Positions 17,069 through 25,611 of a stretch of 64,000 nucleotides of DNA are shown piece after piece. The translations under genes and the position numbers were made by a program. Location of the stretch: positions 125,552 to 189,551 of the forward strand of contig JACCQO010000004.1 of the NCBI GenBank assembly GCA_015709205.1. Direction: 5' to 3'. Source of the DNA: Desulfovibrionaceae bacterium. GTDB lineage: Bacteria > Desulfobacterota > Desulfovibrionia > Desulfovibrionales > Desulfovibrionaceae. How positions within the stretch are numbered: the stretch's first letter is position 1; each line of letters starts with the position of its first letter. The notes beneath the pieces were generated by a model that saw only the letters and a list, made by a program, of their open reading frames with translations, made no database searches and was not told the origin of the DNA.

Positions 17069-17938
17069 TCAAAGGCCGCGCAGGGACTCGGGTTTCAGGG
17101 CCACGCGGCCGTCCAGGGCCCGGGCGATGTGCGCCAGGGCCGCCGCCTTGTCGCGCGGCAGGCGCAGGCGCATGGGCAGGTAGTTGGAGGCGTGGTCGGC
17201 CAGGAACAGGCCGCGCTCCAGGTGGATGTGTTCCAGCAGTTCGGCCAGTTCGGCGAGCAGCCCGGCGGGCGTGGGCAGGGTGAAGGCGCCCTCGTCGATC
17301 CAGCGCGCCAGGGGCGTACCCGGAATGGGCGTGAGCGCCAGGGCCGCGGTCTGCTCCGGCCGCATCCGCGTGAGCAGCTCGCCCGTGGCCCGGGCGTGGG
17401 CCAGGGAATCCTCCACGCCGCCCGCGCCCAGGAGCACGGTGACGCTCAGCCGCATCCCGGCGGCGCGGACCCGCGCGGCCTGGGCCAGGATGCATTCGGG
17501 ATCGCCCTTCTTGTTCATGCGCTCGAGCGTGGGCGCGTGGCCGGACTCCAGCCCCATGTACACGAGCCCCACCCCCAGCTCGCGCAGCCGGGCCAGCTCG
17601 GCGTCGGTCTTCATGGCCACGGCCTTGGCGTTGGCGTAGGAGGCCACGCGCGCCACGCGCGGCAGCCGCTCGCGGATGCGCAGGAGCAGTTCCTCCAGCC
17701 GGGCCTGGGGCATGACCAGGGCGTCCCCGTCGCACAGGAAGAGCCGCCGGTTGCCGCCCATGTGCCGTGCCGCGAATTCGATGTCCGCGAACACGGTGGC
17801 GCGGTCCTTGATGGCGAAGCGCACCCTTTGGTAGGCCCCGCAGAAGGCGCACTTGTTGTGCGAGCAGCCCACCGTGGCCTGCAGCAGGATGCTGTCCGCC
17901 TCGCTGGGCGGGCGGATGATGTCGCCGACGTAGTCCAT
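17069..17938 (-). CDS. Radical SAM protein (cluster motif with CX4CX2C spacing)
   Basis: Start ATG 17938 (RBS GGAGGG 3 nt upstream); the track ORF extends to 18106. The motif VGCSHNKCAFCGAY lies at nt 17840-17866. TIM-barrel-like segments follow (RLFLCDGDALV, VYMGLESG). Confidence 0.85.
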   Translation of the reverse strand: MDYVGDIIRPPSEADSILLQATVGCSHNKCAFCGAYQRVRFAIKDRATVFADIEFAARHMGGNRRLFLCDGDALVMPQARLEELLLRIRERLPRVARVASYANAKAVAMKTDAELARLRELGVGLVYMGLESGHAPTLERMNKKGDPECILAQAARVRAAGMRLSVTVLLGAGGVEDSLAHARATGELLTRMRPEQTAALALTPIPGTPLARWIDEGAFTLPTPAGLLAELAELLEHIHLERGLFLADHASNYLPMRLRLPRDKAAALAHIARALDGRVALKPESLRGL

Positions 17939-18072
17939 GTGTCCCTCCGCTCTCATGCTAGGTCCGGCGGCGGCGGGGCGCAAGACGATTCCGGCCTGTC
18001 GGGAGATTGAGTTGCCCACGGTTTTCGGGCATAGTGGCAACGTTACAAATTCTTCTACCACCCCGGAACGCC

Positions 18073-19491
18073 ATGCACGAGCACAGGAAACCATCCCAGG
18101 CCCCACTGCTGCTGGAAATCAGGGCGGCGGACCGTTTTTCCGTACTCGAACGGCGCATCGCCGAGAAACAGCACGACTTCGACCGCTACCAGTTCACCGA
18201 GGAAGAACGCCGCGCGCTGAACATCTTCTTCGACCTCTCCCAGGAGTTCGAGGCCATCGACGACTTCTATTCCATCTGCGTGCTGCTGCCCAAGGTCTGC
18301 TTCGGCGTCCAGGCCTGCCTCTACCTGCTGGGCGAGGACCAGCGCTTCGAGCGCGTGCGCTGCTCGGCCTTTCCCTCGTCCCAGCCCGGGCCCTGGACCG
18401 GCGATCCGGAGGCCCTGCGCCAGGGCTCGCACCTCGCCGGCCGCGCCCTGCAGGTGTCCATCCGCGCCAACCCGCACCTGGCCGAGCAACTGCCCTTCCG
18501 GCCCGCGGGCGACACCATCGGCATCCTGGAGCTGCACGCGGACGGGGAGTTCACCCCGCACCGGCGCCTGTTCTTCGAAAAGCTCGCCAACCGCATCGGC
18601 TTCCAGCTCTGCAACAAGCTGCTCTTTCTCAAGAACAAGGAACACATCAAGTTCATCCGCGACCTGGTGCGCGACATCGGCCACAACGTCATCGTGCCGA
18701 ACATGTACTTCAAGCTGCTCTTCAAGCAGCTCGACGGCAAGATCCAGGCCCTGACCGCCCTGCGCGAGGAGATGGACGACGAGCGTCCGGGCTCCAGCGC
18801 CGCGGCCGCCCTCTCGCCCTACGCCATGAAGCTGGGCTACGTGGCCGAACGGCTGGAGGAGCAGTTCAACGAGATCTACAACCACTACGAGCAAACCAGC
18901 CTGTTCCTGGAGACCCTGCTGCGCAGCAGCCACTTCGAAAAGGGCAAGTACGTGCTCGTCAAGCAGGACTGCGACCTCTGGGAGCGCATTATCCAGCCCC
19001 AGGTGGACCGCTTCGTCTCGCGCTTCGAGGAGCGCGGCATCGGCGTGGCCCGCGATTCCGGCCCCCAGGGCGATCCGCCGCGCTCCGTGCCCGCGGACGT
19101 GGGCCTGGTCAGCCAGGTGCTGGCCAACTTCTTCTCCAACGCCGTGAAGTACACCCGCGAGACGCGCGTGGGCGGGCGGCCGGAAAAGTCCGTGCGCTAC
19201 CGCTGGCGCGTGGAACCGGACTACTTCGGCCCGGGCCGCGACGGCATGCGCGTGGAGGTGCAGACCACCGGCCCGCTGATTCCGGCCGAGGACCGGCCCC
19301 GGCTCTTCGAGCCCGAGTACCGCGGCCACGACACGGACGGCGAATACGGCACGGGCCACGGGCTCTACTTCGTGCGCGGGATCGTGGCCCTGCACGGCGG
19401 GGACGCGGGCTACGAGCCCTGGGAGGGCGGCAACTGCTTCTACTTCGTGCTGCCCCTGGAACGCCAGCAAGCCCGCCCCGGCGAGCCATGA
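18073..19491 (+). CDS. GAF-like sensor histidine kinase (atypical H-box)
   Basis: Start ATG 18073. An N-terminal GAF-like region is present (CLYLLGEDQRFERV...IGILELHAD). The dimerisation/His region is IRDLVRDIGHNVIVPNMY. HATPase_c features are present: LANFFSNAVKYT, GTGHGLYFVRGIV. Confidence 0.8.
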   Translation: MHEHRKPSQAPLLLEIRAADRFSVLERRIAEKQHDFDRYQFTEEERRALNIFFDLSQEFEAIDDFYSICVLLPKVCFGVQACLYLLGEDQRFERVRCSAFPSSQPGPWTGDPEALRQGSHLAGRALQVSIRANPHLAEQLPFRPAGDTIGILELHADGEFTPHRRLFFEKLANRIGFQLCNKLLFLKNKEHIKFIRDLVRDIGHNVIVPNMYFKLLFKQLDGKIQALTALREEMDDERPGSSAAAALSPYAMKLGYVAERLEEQFNEIYNHYEQTSLFLETLLRSSHFEKGKYVLVKQDCDLWERIIQPQVDRFVSRFEERGIGVARDSGPQGDPPRSVPADVGLVSQVLANFFSNAVKYTRETRVGGRPEKSVRYRWRVEPDYFGPGRDGMRVEVQTTGPLIPAEDRPRLFEPEYRGHDTDGEYGTGHGLYFVRGIVALHGGDAGYEPWEGGNCFYFVLPLERQQARPGEP

Positions 19492-20942
19492 GCGGCCCGC
19501 GCGCCATCCGCCTGCTCGTGGTCGCGCCCGACCCGGCCACGCGCGAGGGGCTGCGCGAACGGCTCGAGCGCCAGGGCTACGCCGTGGACGGGGCACCGGG
19601 CCTGGAGGAGGCCCTGGCCGCCTTCCGCGCCGACCCGGCCGACGTGGTCCTGCTCGATCCCGGCGCGGACGCGCGCGGCGCGGCCGCCTTCATGGACACC
19701 GTGCACCGCGAGGTCCCGGGCACCTCGGTCATCGTGCTCTCGGCCAGCGGCGACCTGGACGAGGCCCTGGCCGCCTTCCGCGCCGGAGCCTGCGACTTCG
19801 TGACCATGCCCGTGGAGCACCCCGAGGTGCTGGAGAAGAACATCCGCAACTGCCTGGAGCGCCGCGCCCTGGCCCAGGAGGTGGACGCGGCCGAATCGCG
19901 CTACTTTCAGCTCATCCAGAACCTGCCCATCGTCATCTTCGCCCTGGACCGCGACTTTTGCCTGGAGTTCATCAACCGCACCTGCGAAGCCGTGCTCGGG
20001 TTCGAGCCCGCCGAGGCCGTGGGCACGCCGGGCTGGTTCCTGGAACGCATCCCCGAGCCGCAGCGCGACGCCGTGCGCGCGGCCTTTGCCCAGTGCCGGG
20101 CCGGGGACGCCCCGCCCCAGGACATCGAATTCGACTTCGAGCACGCCAAGGGCTACCTGGTGCGCCTGGCGGCACGGCCCATGCCCTGCAACGACGTGCA
20201 CCTGCCCGAACGCTGGCGCCGCGTGGAGGGCATCCTCATGGACGTCACCCGGCGCGCCTACCTGGACCGGGTCATGGTCCAGCGCGAAAAGCTCAACGCC
20301 CTGGGCGCGCTCTCGGCCGAGCTGGCCCACGAGATGCGCAATCCGCTGGTCTCCCTGGGCGGCTTCGCGCGGCGGCTGGCCGAGCGCCACCCGGACCTGC
20401 CCGAGGCGGCCATCATCCTGGAGGAGGCCAAGCGGCTGGAGGGCGTGCTGGACAAGATCCGCAACTACCTGCGCCCGGTGCCCACGCGCGCCGAGGAGGT
20501 CCACGTCAACGCGGTGCTGACCTTCTGCCAGAGCCTGACGGCCCCGCGTTTCGAACGCGAGGGGCTGCGCACCGACGTGCACGCCGACCCGCGCGTGGCC
20601 CCGCTGGTCTCGGACCAAGGGGTGCTCACCCAGGTCTTCGTCTCCCTGTTCAACGCCATCCGCGAGCGCATGCGCCCGGGCGACGTGCTCGAGGTGGCCA
20701 CCGGCGAGGACGCGCGCAACGTGGAGGTTTCCTTCCGCGTGCACGGCTCCGACCTTACGGTCGAGGACCCGGAACTGCTCTTCCTACCCTTTGACGAGGA
20801 CGGCGACCGGCTCAACCTGGCCCTGCCCTACCGGCTGGTGCAGTCCGTGGGCGGGCTGATCTCCTACGACGAGGGCCAGCGCCGCTCGGGCGGGGTGCCC
20901 GGCTTCTCCGTGCACCTGCCCAAGGACCGCTGCCCCATTTAG
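19488..20942 (+). CDS. Response-regulator receiver - PAS - histidine kinase fusion
   Basis: ATG 19488 overlaps the upstream stop (ATGA). REC features are IRLLVVAPD...DVVLLDP. The PAS region starts YFQLIQNLPIVIFALDRDFCLEFINRTCEAVLGF. H-box LSAELAHEMRNPL. A divergent ATPase domain follows. These are the last 484 codons of track ORF 17937..20942. Confidence 0.88.
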   Translation: MSGPRAIRLLVVAPDPATREGLRERLERQGYAVDGAPGLEEALAAFRADPADVVLLDPGADARGAAAFMDTVHREVPGTSVIVLSASGDLDEALAAFRAGACDFVTMPVEHPEVLEKNIRNCLERRALAQEVDAAESRYFQLIQNLPIVIFALDRDFCLEFINRTCEAVLGFEPAEAVGTPGWFLERIPEPQRDAVRAAFAQCRAGDAPPQDIEFDFEHAKGYLVRLAARPMPCNDVHLPERWRRVEGILMDVTRRAYLDRVMVQREKLNALGALSAELAHEMRNPLVSLGGFARRLAERHPDLPEAAIILEEAKRLEGVLDKIRNYLRPVPTRAEEVHVNAVLTFCQSLTAPRFEREGLRTDVHADPRVAPLVSDQGVLTQVFVSLFNAIRERMRPGDVLEVATGEDARNVEVSFRVHGSDLTVEDPELLFLPFDEDGDRLNLALPYRLVQSVGGLISYDEGQRRSGGVPGFSVHLPKDRCPI

Positions 20943-21147
20943 GGACCAAGCGGTAAATCAGGCGGCAAATCGGGTGCCGAATCGGGCGCAATTTATCATC
21001 CCGAAATAACGCTCCGGGGGTTGCCCGGCCCAACGGCCCGACCTATATGTGGGGTGACTGGAACGCTCGTCAGGGCTGGCAGGTCGCCGGGCTTACACTA
21101 CCAAACAAGTACCGGCGCGCTGAGCGCAACGGCGGATTCGGGTCGAG

Positions 21148-21218
21148 GAACCGGGCCATGGCCCGGTTCTTTCCTGCGCAAAAAGGAAGGGCCCCGCTCG
21201 GCGGGGCCCTTCCTTTTT
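21148..21218. terminator. Two consecutive strong hairpins; the second is a bidirectional terminator
   Basis: GAACCGGGCC/atg/GCCCGGTTC forms a perfect palindrome at 21148-21169. aaaaAGGAAGGGCCCCGctcgGCGGGGCCCTTCCTtttt at 21180-21218 is flanked by A-runs and T-runs on both sides. Confidence 0.65.
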
Positions 21219-21237
21219 GCGTGCCGGCGCGGCCGGG

Positions 21238-22245
21238 TCAGCCGTCCTGCATGGTGCAGTGGTCCCGGTTGCCCGTGCGCACGCAGTTGCGGCCGCTACG
21301 CTTGGCGTCGTACAGAGCGCAGTCGGCCATGTTCACCAGGGACTCGGGAGTCACGCTCCGGTCGGCCTTGATGCTCATCATGCCGAGGGAGATGGTCAGC
21401 ATGGGCCCGATGCGCGAGGCTCCGTGCTCGATCTCCAGGGCCGCCACGTTCTCCTGGATGCGCTCGGCCACCTCGCGCGCGCCCTCCCAGCCCGTGCCGG
21501 GCAAAAGGACCACGAACTCCTCGCCGCCGAAGCGGGCCACCTGGTCGCCGGGCCTGAGCGCGGCGCGGGTGATGGCCCCGGCCACCTCCTTGAGGCAGTC
21601 GTCGCCGCGCAGGTGGCCGTAGGTGTCGTTGTAGTCCTTGAAATAATCCACGTCCGCCAGGAGCACGGCGATCTCCGTGCCCTCGCGCAGGGCGCGCTGG
21701 TATTCGCGCTGCAGGAGCTTGTCGAAGTAGCGGCGGTTGGCCACGCCGGTGAGCCCGTCGAGGTTGGAGAGCTCCTCCAGCTTGCGGTTGGCCTCGCCCA
21801 GGCGGCGCGCCAGGTCCATGAGCTCGCGCTCGCGGGCCTTGCGCGCGTCCGTCTCCTCCTTCAGGCGCAGGGCCGAGGCCACGCGCGCGCGCAGCTCGGT
21901 CTTGCGCACGGGCTTCTTGATGTAGTCCGCGGCGCCGGCCTGAAAGGCGGCGGCCAGGGTCTCCTCGTCGTCGCTGACCGTGACCATGATGATCGGCACG
22001 TCGCGCAGCAGCGGATTGCTCTTGATGACCGAGGCGGCCTCGACGCCGTTCATGCCCGGCATGAGCACGTCCATGAGCACGAGGTCCAGGTCGGGCTCGC
22101 CCGCGTGCGGGTTGCCCACGTCCAGGATATCGAAGGCCTCGGCCGCCGATTCGGCGAAGGCCAGGTCGCAGTACCCCGCGTTGCCGAGCACGGTGGCCAG
22201 CAGCAGGCGCGAGGTTTCGGAGTCGTCCACGATGAGGATTTTCAA
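21238..22245 (-). CDS. Response regulator receiver - GGDEF diguanylate cyclase (PleD/WspR-like)
   Basis: REC features are KILIVDDSETS, DLVLMDVLMPGMNG, VTVSDD. The GGDEF domain has RFGGEEFVVLLPG. The probable start is TTG 22245 (LKILIVDD). The track ATG 22308 would overlap the upstream gene by 23 nt. Confidence 0.88.
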   Translation of the reverse strand: MKILIVDDSETSRLLLATVLGNAGYCDLAFAESAAEAFDILDVGNPHAGEPDLDLVLMDVLMPGMNGVEAASVIKSNPLLRDVPIIMVTVSDDEETLAAAFQAGAADYIKKPVRKTELRARVASALRLKEETDARKARERELMDLARRLGEANRKLEELSNLDGLTGVANRRYFDKLLQREYQRALREGTEIAVLLADVDYFKDYNDTYGHLRGDDCLKEVAGAITRAALRPGDQVARFGGEEFVVLLPGTGWEGAREVAERIQENVAALEIEHGASRIGPMLTISLGMMSIKADRSVTPESLVNMADCALYDAKRSGRNCVRTGNRDHCTMQDG

Positions 22246-22285
22246 GATGCCCCCCTGCGGCGGTCCGCTCCGTCCCCCCAAGGGA

Positions 22286-23122
22286 TCAGACGAAGACCAC
22301 CCTTGCAAGATAGTCGATTGCCTCGCGCGCGATGCGCAGGGCGTCGGCGCCGCGCCGCTCCAGGGCGGCGTTGCGCAGGTCCCAGCCCAGCTCGCCCAGC
22401 CCCGTGAGGTCGAAGGTCCCCCCCTCGCCCCGCAGATCGTGGCCCAGGCGGCGCACCTCGTCCCATTCCCCCCGGTTCACTTGGCCGAGAGCCTGTTCCA
22501 GCCGCTCGGTGAGCTTGGACACCACCCACGGGGCCAGATCCATGAATTCCGGGTCGGGATGGACCTCGATGGCGTCCCGGGGCGGCACCGTCTTATGCTC
22601 GTCCCGGGGGGAGGCGTCAAGCGGGCCAGGTGGGCGGACCGCAAGGGGGATCGCCCGCCCCGGAGCATCGGGCAGCTCGAGCGAGGTGAACTGCTCGAGC
22701 ACCTCCAGCAGGGCCTGGCGGTTCACCGGCTTGGTCAGCGCGCCGTCGAAACCCGCCCCGCGCAGGGAGGCGAATTCCGAGTCCGGCACAAAGGCCGAAA
22801 GCGCCACGATGGGCACGGGGTCGCTCCCACGGTTGCGCTCCATGGCGCGCATGCGCGCCACGGCGGCGACCCCGTCGAGCACCGGCATCTGCAGGTCCAT
22901 GAAGACCAGCGCGTAGCGGCGTTCGGCAAAGAACCCGAGGGCCTGCCCACCGTTCTCGGCCGCGTCGATGGGGCAGCCGAGCACGCGCAGCAGCCGGGTG
23001 ATGACCAGCAGGTTGGTCTCGTTGTCGTCGACTACGAGGATCCGGCCCCGGAAGTTGCCCGGGGATGGTTCCGGAGAGGCCGCCGGGGCCGGGCCGGGAT
23101 CGGGAGAGGACGGAGGGCTCAT
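22286..23122 (-). CDS. Response regulator receiver - Hpt (histidine phosphotransfer) fusion
   Basis: REC features are RILVVDDNETNLLV, ALVFMDLQMPVLDG, TKPV. The C-terminal Hpt has RRLGHDLRGEGGTFDL (an HxxKG-type motif). Confidence 0.85.
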   Translation of the reverse strand: MSPPSSPDPGPAPAASPEPSPGNFRGRILVVDDNETNLLVITRLLRVLGCPIDAAENGGQALGFFAERRYALVFMDLQMPVLDGVAAVARMRAMERNRGSDPVPIVALSAFVPDSEFASLRGAGFDGALTKPVNRQALLEVLEQFTSLELPDAPGRAIPLAVRPPGPLDASPRDEHKTVPPRDAIEVHPDPEFMDLAPWVVSKLTERLEQALGQVNRGEWDEVRRLGHDLRGEGGTFDLTGLGELGWDLRNAALERRGADALRIAREAIDYLARVVFV

Positions 23123-23256
23123 GCGGTCACTCTACACGGCGACGAGAATTTTTGTCGAGCCCCAAGGCGCCGAATGCTACTTCTCAAATAATAACGGGAT
23201 TCCATTTCCCAACGCCTTGCGATACGATGCGGGAAACCTCTTTTCGGAGCGATCCA

Positions 23257-23604
23257 ATGGACATCCAATCCCAGAAACACGGAAACTGCCTGGTGCTGCG
23301 CGTCAACGCCGACTCCATCGACTACACCACCTGCGACGAATTCAAGAACGCGGCCCTCGGGACATTGAAGACCAAGGACTTCAGCGTATTGCTCATCAAT
23401 CTCAAGGACGTCGGGTTCATGGACTCCATGACCATCGGGGCCATGGTCGGCATCAAGAACGCCCTGACCGAGGCGGGCAAGCGGCTGGCGATCACCAACG
23501 TGCACCCCTACGTGCGCAAGATCATCAGCGTGGTCACGCTCAACGCCATCTTCGACCTCCACGAAACCCAGGCCGACGCGCTCAAGGAACTGTGCTCGGA
23601 GTGA
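23257..23604 (+). CDS. STAS-domain anti-sigma-factor antagonist (SpoIIAA/RsbV-like)
   Basis: 115 aa from ATG 23257. Features are LVLRVNADSIDYTTCDEFKNA..., LINLKDVGFMDSMTIGAMVGI (phosphorylatable Ser context DSMTIG) and LAITNVHPYVRKIISVVTLNAIFDLHET. Confidence 0.85.
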   Translation: MDIQSQKHGNCLVLRVNADSIDYTTCDEFKNAALGTLKTKDFSVLLINLKDVGFMDSMTIGAMVGIKNALTEAGKRLAITNVHPYVRKIISVVTLNAIFDLHETQADALKELCSE

Positions 23605-23852
23605 GCTTTCTCCTTGACCGGTGGCGGCGGAAGTCTTATTTTAGGATCGAAGGCAAAGTCGATGCGGATGCACCTCAACGGAGGATAGTCACCGTTAATA
23701 CTTTGCTCCCATACCGGGCAGCAGGATGCCCCCAAAAGGATTCGCCAAGGTAAGCGAGTTCCCAGGCCACAAGGCGGGAAACTGCCGGTTATGCCGGTCA
23801 GGGCGCGGACAGAAGGCGAATTCCTTTTTGTTGTTGCGCCGTTCCGCCCTAC

Positions 23853-23930
23853 CCCTCTTCCCGCTGTCCCCCTGCTCCGCTGTCCCTCTTCCCGCTGTCC
23901 CATTGTCCCGCTATCCCATTGTCCCGCCGC
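23853..23930. repeat. Pyrimidine-rich degenerate repeat array (TGTCCC x5; an 18-mer x2)
   Basis: ccctcttcccgctgtccc occurs at 23853-23870 and 23884-23901. TGTCCC starts at 23865, 23881, 23896, 23904 and 23920. On the minus strand this reads as GGGACA/GGGAA/GGA-rich purine tracts. Confidence 0.7.
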
Positions 23931-24161
23931 CGCTCCGCGCCCCCAGGCAATCGCCGCCCGGTTCGTTTGCCCGCTCCCCCTGCTCCATCTCCGGCTCGTC
24001 CGCCCGCGACGCAGCCGCGTCGCGGGCTCTCGGGCTTTTTGGGCCCCTCGCCCCTTCCAGCACCGCTCTTCCTCCAGCCGAGATCCGGGAACCGACCTTC
24101 CCGGTGTGCCGAAGCGCCCGGAAAAACCACTCGCAGTCCCCCACTACCGGGCCGCTCGGCC

Positions 24162-25076
24162 TTAATCCCCGCCCTCCGGCAGCAGTTCCGGACGGTACTC
24201 GAAATGCATGGTGTCGTAATGGTGCCACTTGCCGCCCCAGATGAAGCCGTGGCGCTCGAATATCTCCACGATGGCCCAGGGCACGTGGTTGGCGTAGGGC
24301 ACGGTGTCGGCCTCGCCGGCCCGGGGGTGGTCCCAGCGCCAGTAGTCGCAGGCCCTGGCGTCCAGGTCCACGGCGATGCCGAAGCTGTGCATGGAGAGCC
24401 GGTCCGTGCCCGCGATGGTGCGCCAATAAAACGCGCCGGCCGGGTGCGCGAGCCAGGTGCGCCGCAGGGGTTCGGGCAGCGCGGCCAGCTCGCGCGCCGC
24501 CGCGGCCAGGCGGCGGTCCACGCCGTTGACCGTGGTCACGAGCAGGGTCGCGCCCGGCCCGCCCGCGGGCCAGGGCACGGCCGCCAGCCGCGCGCGCACC
24601 TCGGCCTCGCCACCGCCGTACAGGTGGCGGAAAAAGGCGTCGCAGCGCACGCGGCCCGGGTCCTGTCCGGGAGGCGGCGGCGCCGTGGGCTCGCCCGCAG
24701 GGTAGGCCTGGGCCATCTGGTCCGCCAGGCGCGGGGCGGCGAAGAGTTCGGCGGGGGTGCGCGGGGCCGGGCCGTCGGCCCAGGCCATGCGCGTGCCGTC
24801 GGCCCAGGTCAGGCCGTCGGGATCGGCGGCCGCGATCCGGCCGGGGTAGGCCCGGGCAAGGCGCGCCAAGGGCGCGGGCGTGCCCGGGGCCACGCGCACG
24901 GCGGAACGCTGCGGCTGCGGCCCCGCCCCATCCAGATCGGAAGCGGCCGGAGCGGCCGGGGCCACGGCCGGAACCGGGGCCGAAGAAGGCCGCGGAGCCG
25001 TGCGCGCGCAGCCCAGGAGCAGCGCGACCGCGCAACACAAGACCGCCAGACGCGACGGGGAATGAAGGACATTCAT
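24162..25076 (-). CDS. Peptidase M15 family (D-Ala-D-Ala carboxypeptidase/VanY-like) lipoprotein
   Basis: Lipobox LLLGC after MNVLHSPSRLAVLCCAVA. Zn-peptidase motifs are SMHSFGIAVDL and GFIWGGKWHHYDTMHFEY. The start is either ATG 25076 or ATG 25130 (uncertain). Confidence 0.8.
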   Translation of the reverse strand: MNVLHSPSRLAVLCCAVALLLGCARTAPRPSSAPVPAVAPAAPAASDLDGAGPQPQRSAVRVAPGTPAPLARLARAYPGRIAAADPDGLTWADGTRMAWADGPAPRTPAELFAAPRLADQMAQAYPAGEPTAPPPPGQDPGRVRCDAFFRHLYGGGEAEVRARLAAVPWPAGGPGATLLVTTVNGVDRRLAAAARELAALPEPLRRTWLAHPAGAFYWRTIAGTDRLSMHSFGIAVDLDARACDYWRWDHPRAGEADTVPYANHVPWAIVEIFERHGFIWGGKWHHYDTMHFEYRPELLPEGGD

Positions 25077-25197
25077 CGGAGGGAGGGTGCCCGCAACCCG
25101 CCCGGCGCATTCGCCCACGCGGCTTCGCACCGGTCCGGCCCGGCAAGGCTGCCTGGGCCGCCGAGCCGCGACGTCCGGACGGAGGCGCCGCGACGGC

Positions 25198-25596
25198 TCA
25201 CGCGTCGTTGCCGGCGCAGTAATCGCACACGCCGAAGAATTCCAGACTGGAGCCGGTGATGGTGAACCCGTCCACGTTGCAATCCAGGATCCTCGGAGGC
25301 TGCACCTTGGCGTGCACGTCGGCCACCCGGCCGCAGCGCACGCAACGCACGTGGTAGTGGTCCTCGGCGTTGCCGTCGAAACGCATTTGCGCCCCGGCGC
25401 GTTCGAGCTTGAGAATCTCCCCGCTCTCGGCCAGCAGGTCCAGGTTGCGGTACACGGTGCCCAGGCTCACGCGCGGCAACCGGCGGCGGACCATCTCATA
25501 GACCTCGTCGGCGGTGGGGTGGGAAGTAACCTTGCGCAGTTCCTCCAGGATCACCCGACGCTGGATGGTCATCCGTTTGGCAGATTGACGTTCCAT
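25198..25596 (-). CDS. Fur-family metalloregulator (Fur/PerR/Zur; subtype not resolved)
   Basis: 132 aa. RBS AGGAGGAG lies 6 nt upstream. Features are MTIQRRVILEEL, HPTADEVY, SLGTVYRNLDLL, HYHVRCVRCGRV and a C-terminal CDYC (two CxxC pairs). Confidence 0.9.
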   Translation of the reverse strand: MERQSAKRMTIQRRVILEELRKVTSHPTADEVYEMVRRRLPRVSLGTVYRNLDLLAESGEILKLERAGAQMRFDGNAEDHYHVRCVRCGRVADVHAKVQPPRILDCNVDGFTITGSSLEFFGVCDYCAGNDA

Positions 25597-25611
25597 CGTG
25601 TCTCCTCCTCT

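Noticed and set aside
19985-20015. tRNA T-arm-like string GGGTTCGAGCCCGCC
   Set aside because: It lies inside the REC-PAS-kinase coding frame. It has no acceptor stem, D-arm or anticodon arm around it, so it is a chance match.
22245-22308. ATG 22308 as the start of the REC-GGDEF gene
   Set aside because: It would add 21 non-receiver residues and overlap the upstream REC-Hpt gene by 23 nt. TTG 22245 starts directly at the canonical (M)KILIVDD receiver N-terminus. This is still uncertain without proteomic data.
23853-23930. Possible CRISPR-like or minisatellite array
   Set aside because: The repeat units are short (6-18 nt), degenerate and contiguous, without unique spacers of regular length. 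No cas genes are present. It is kept only as a repeat/possible RNA feature.
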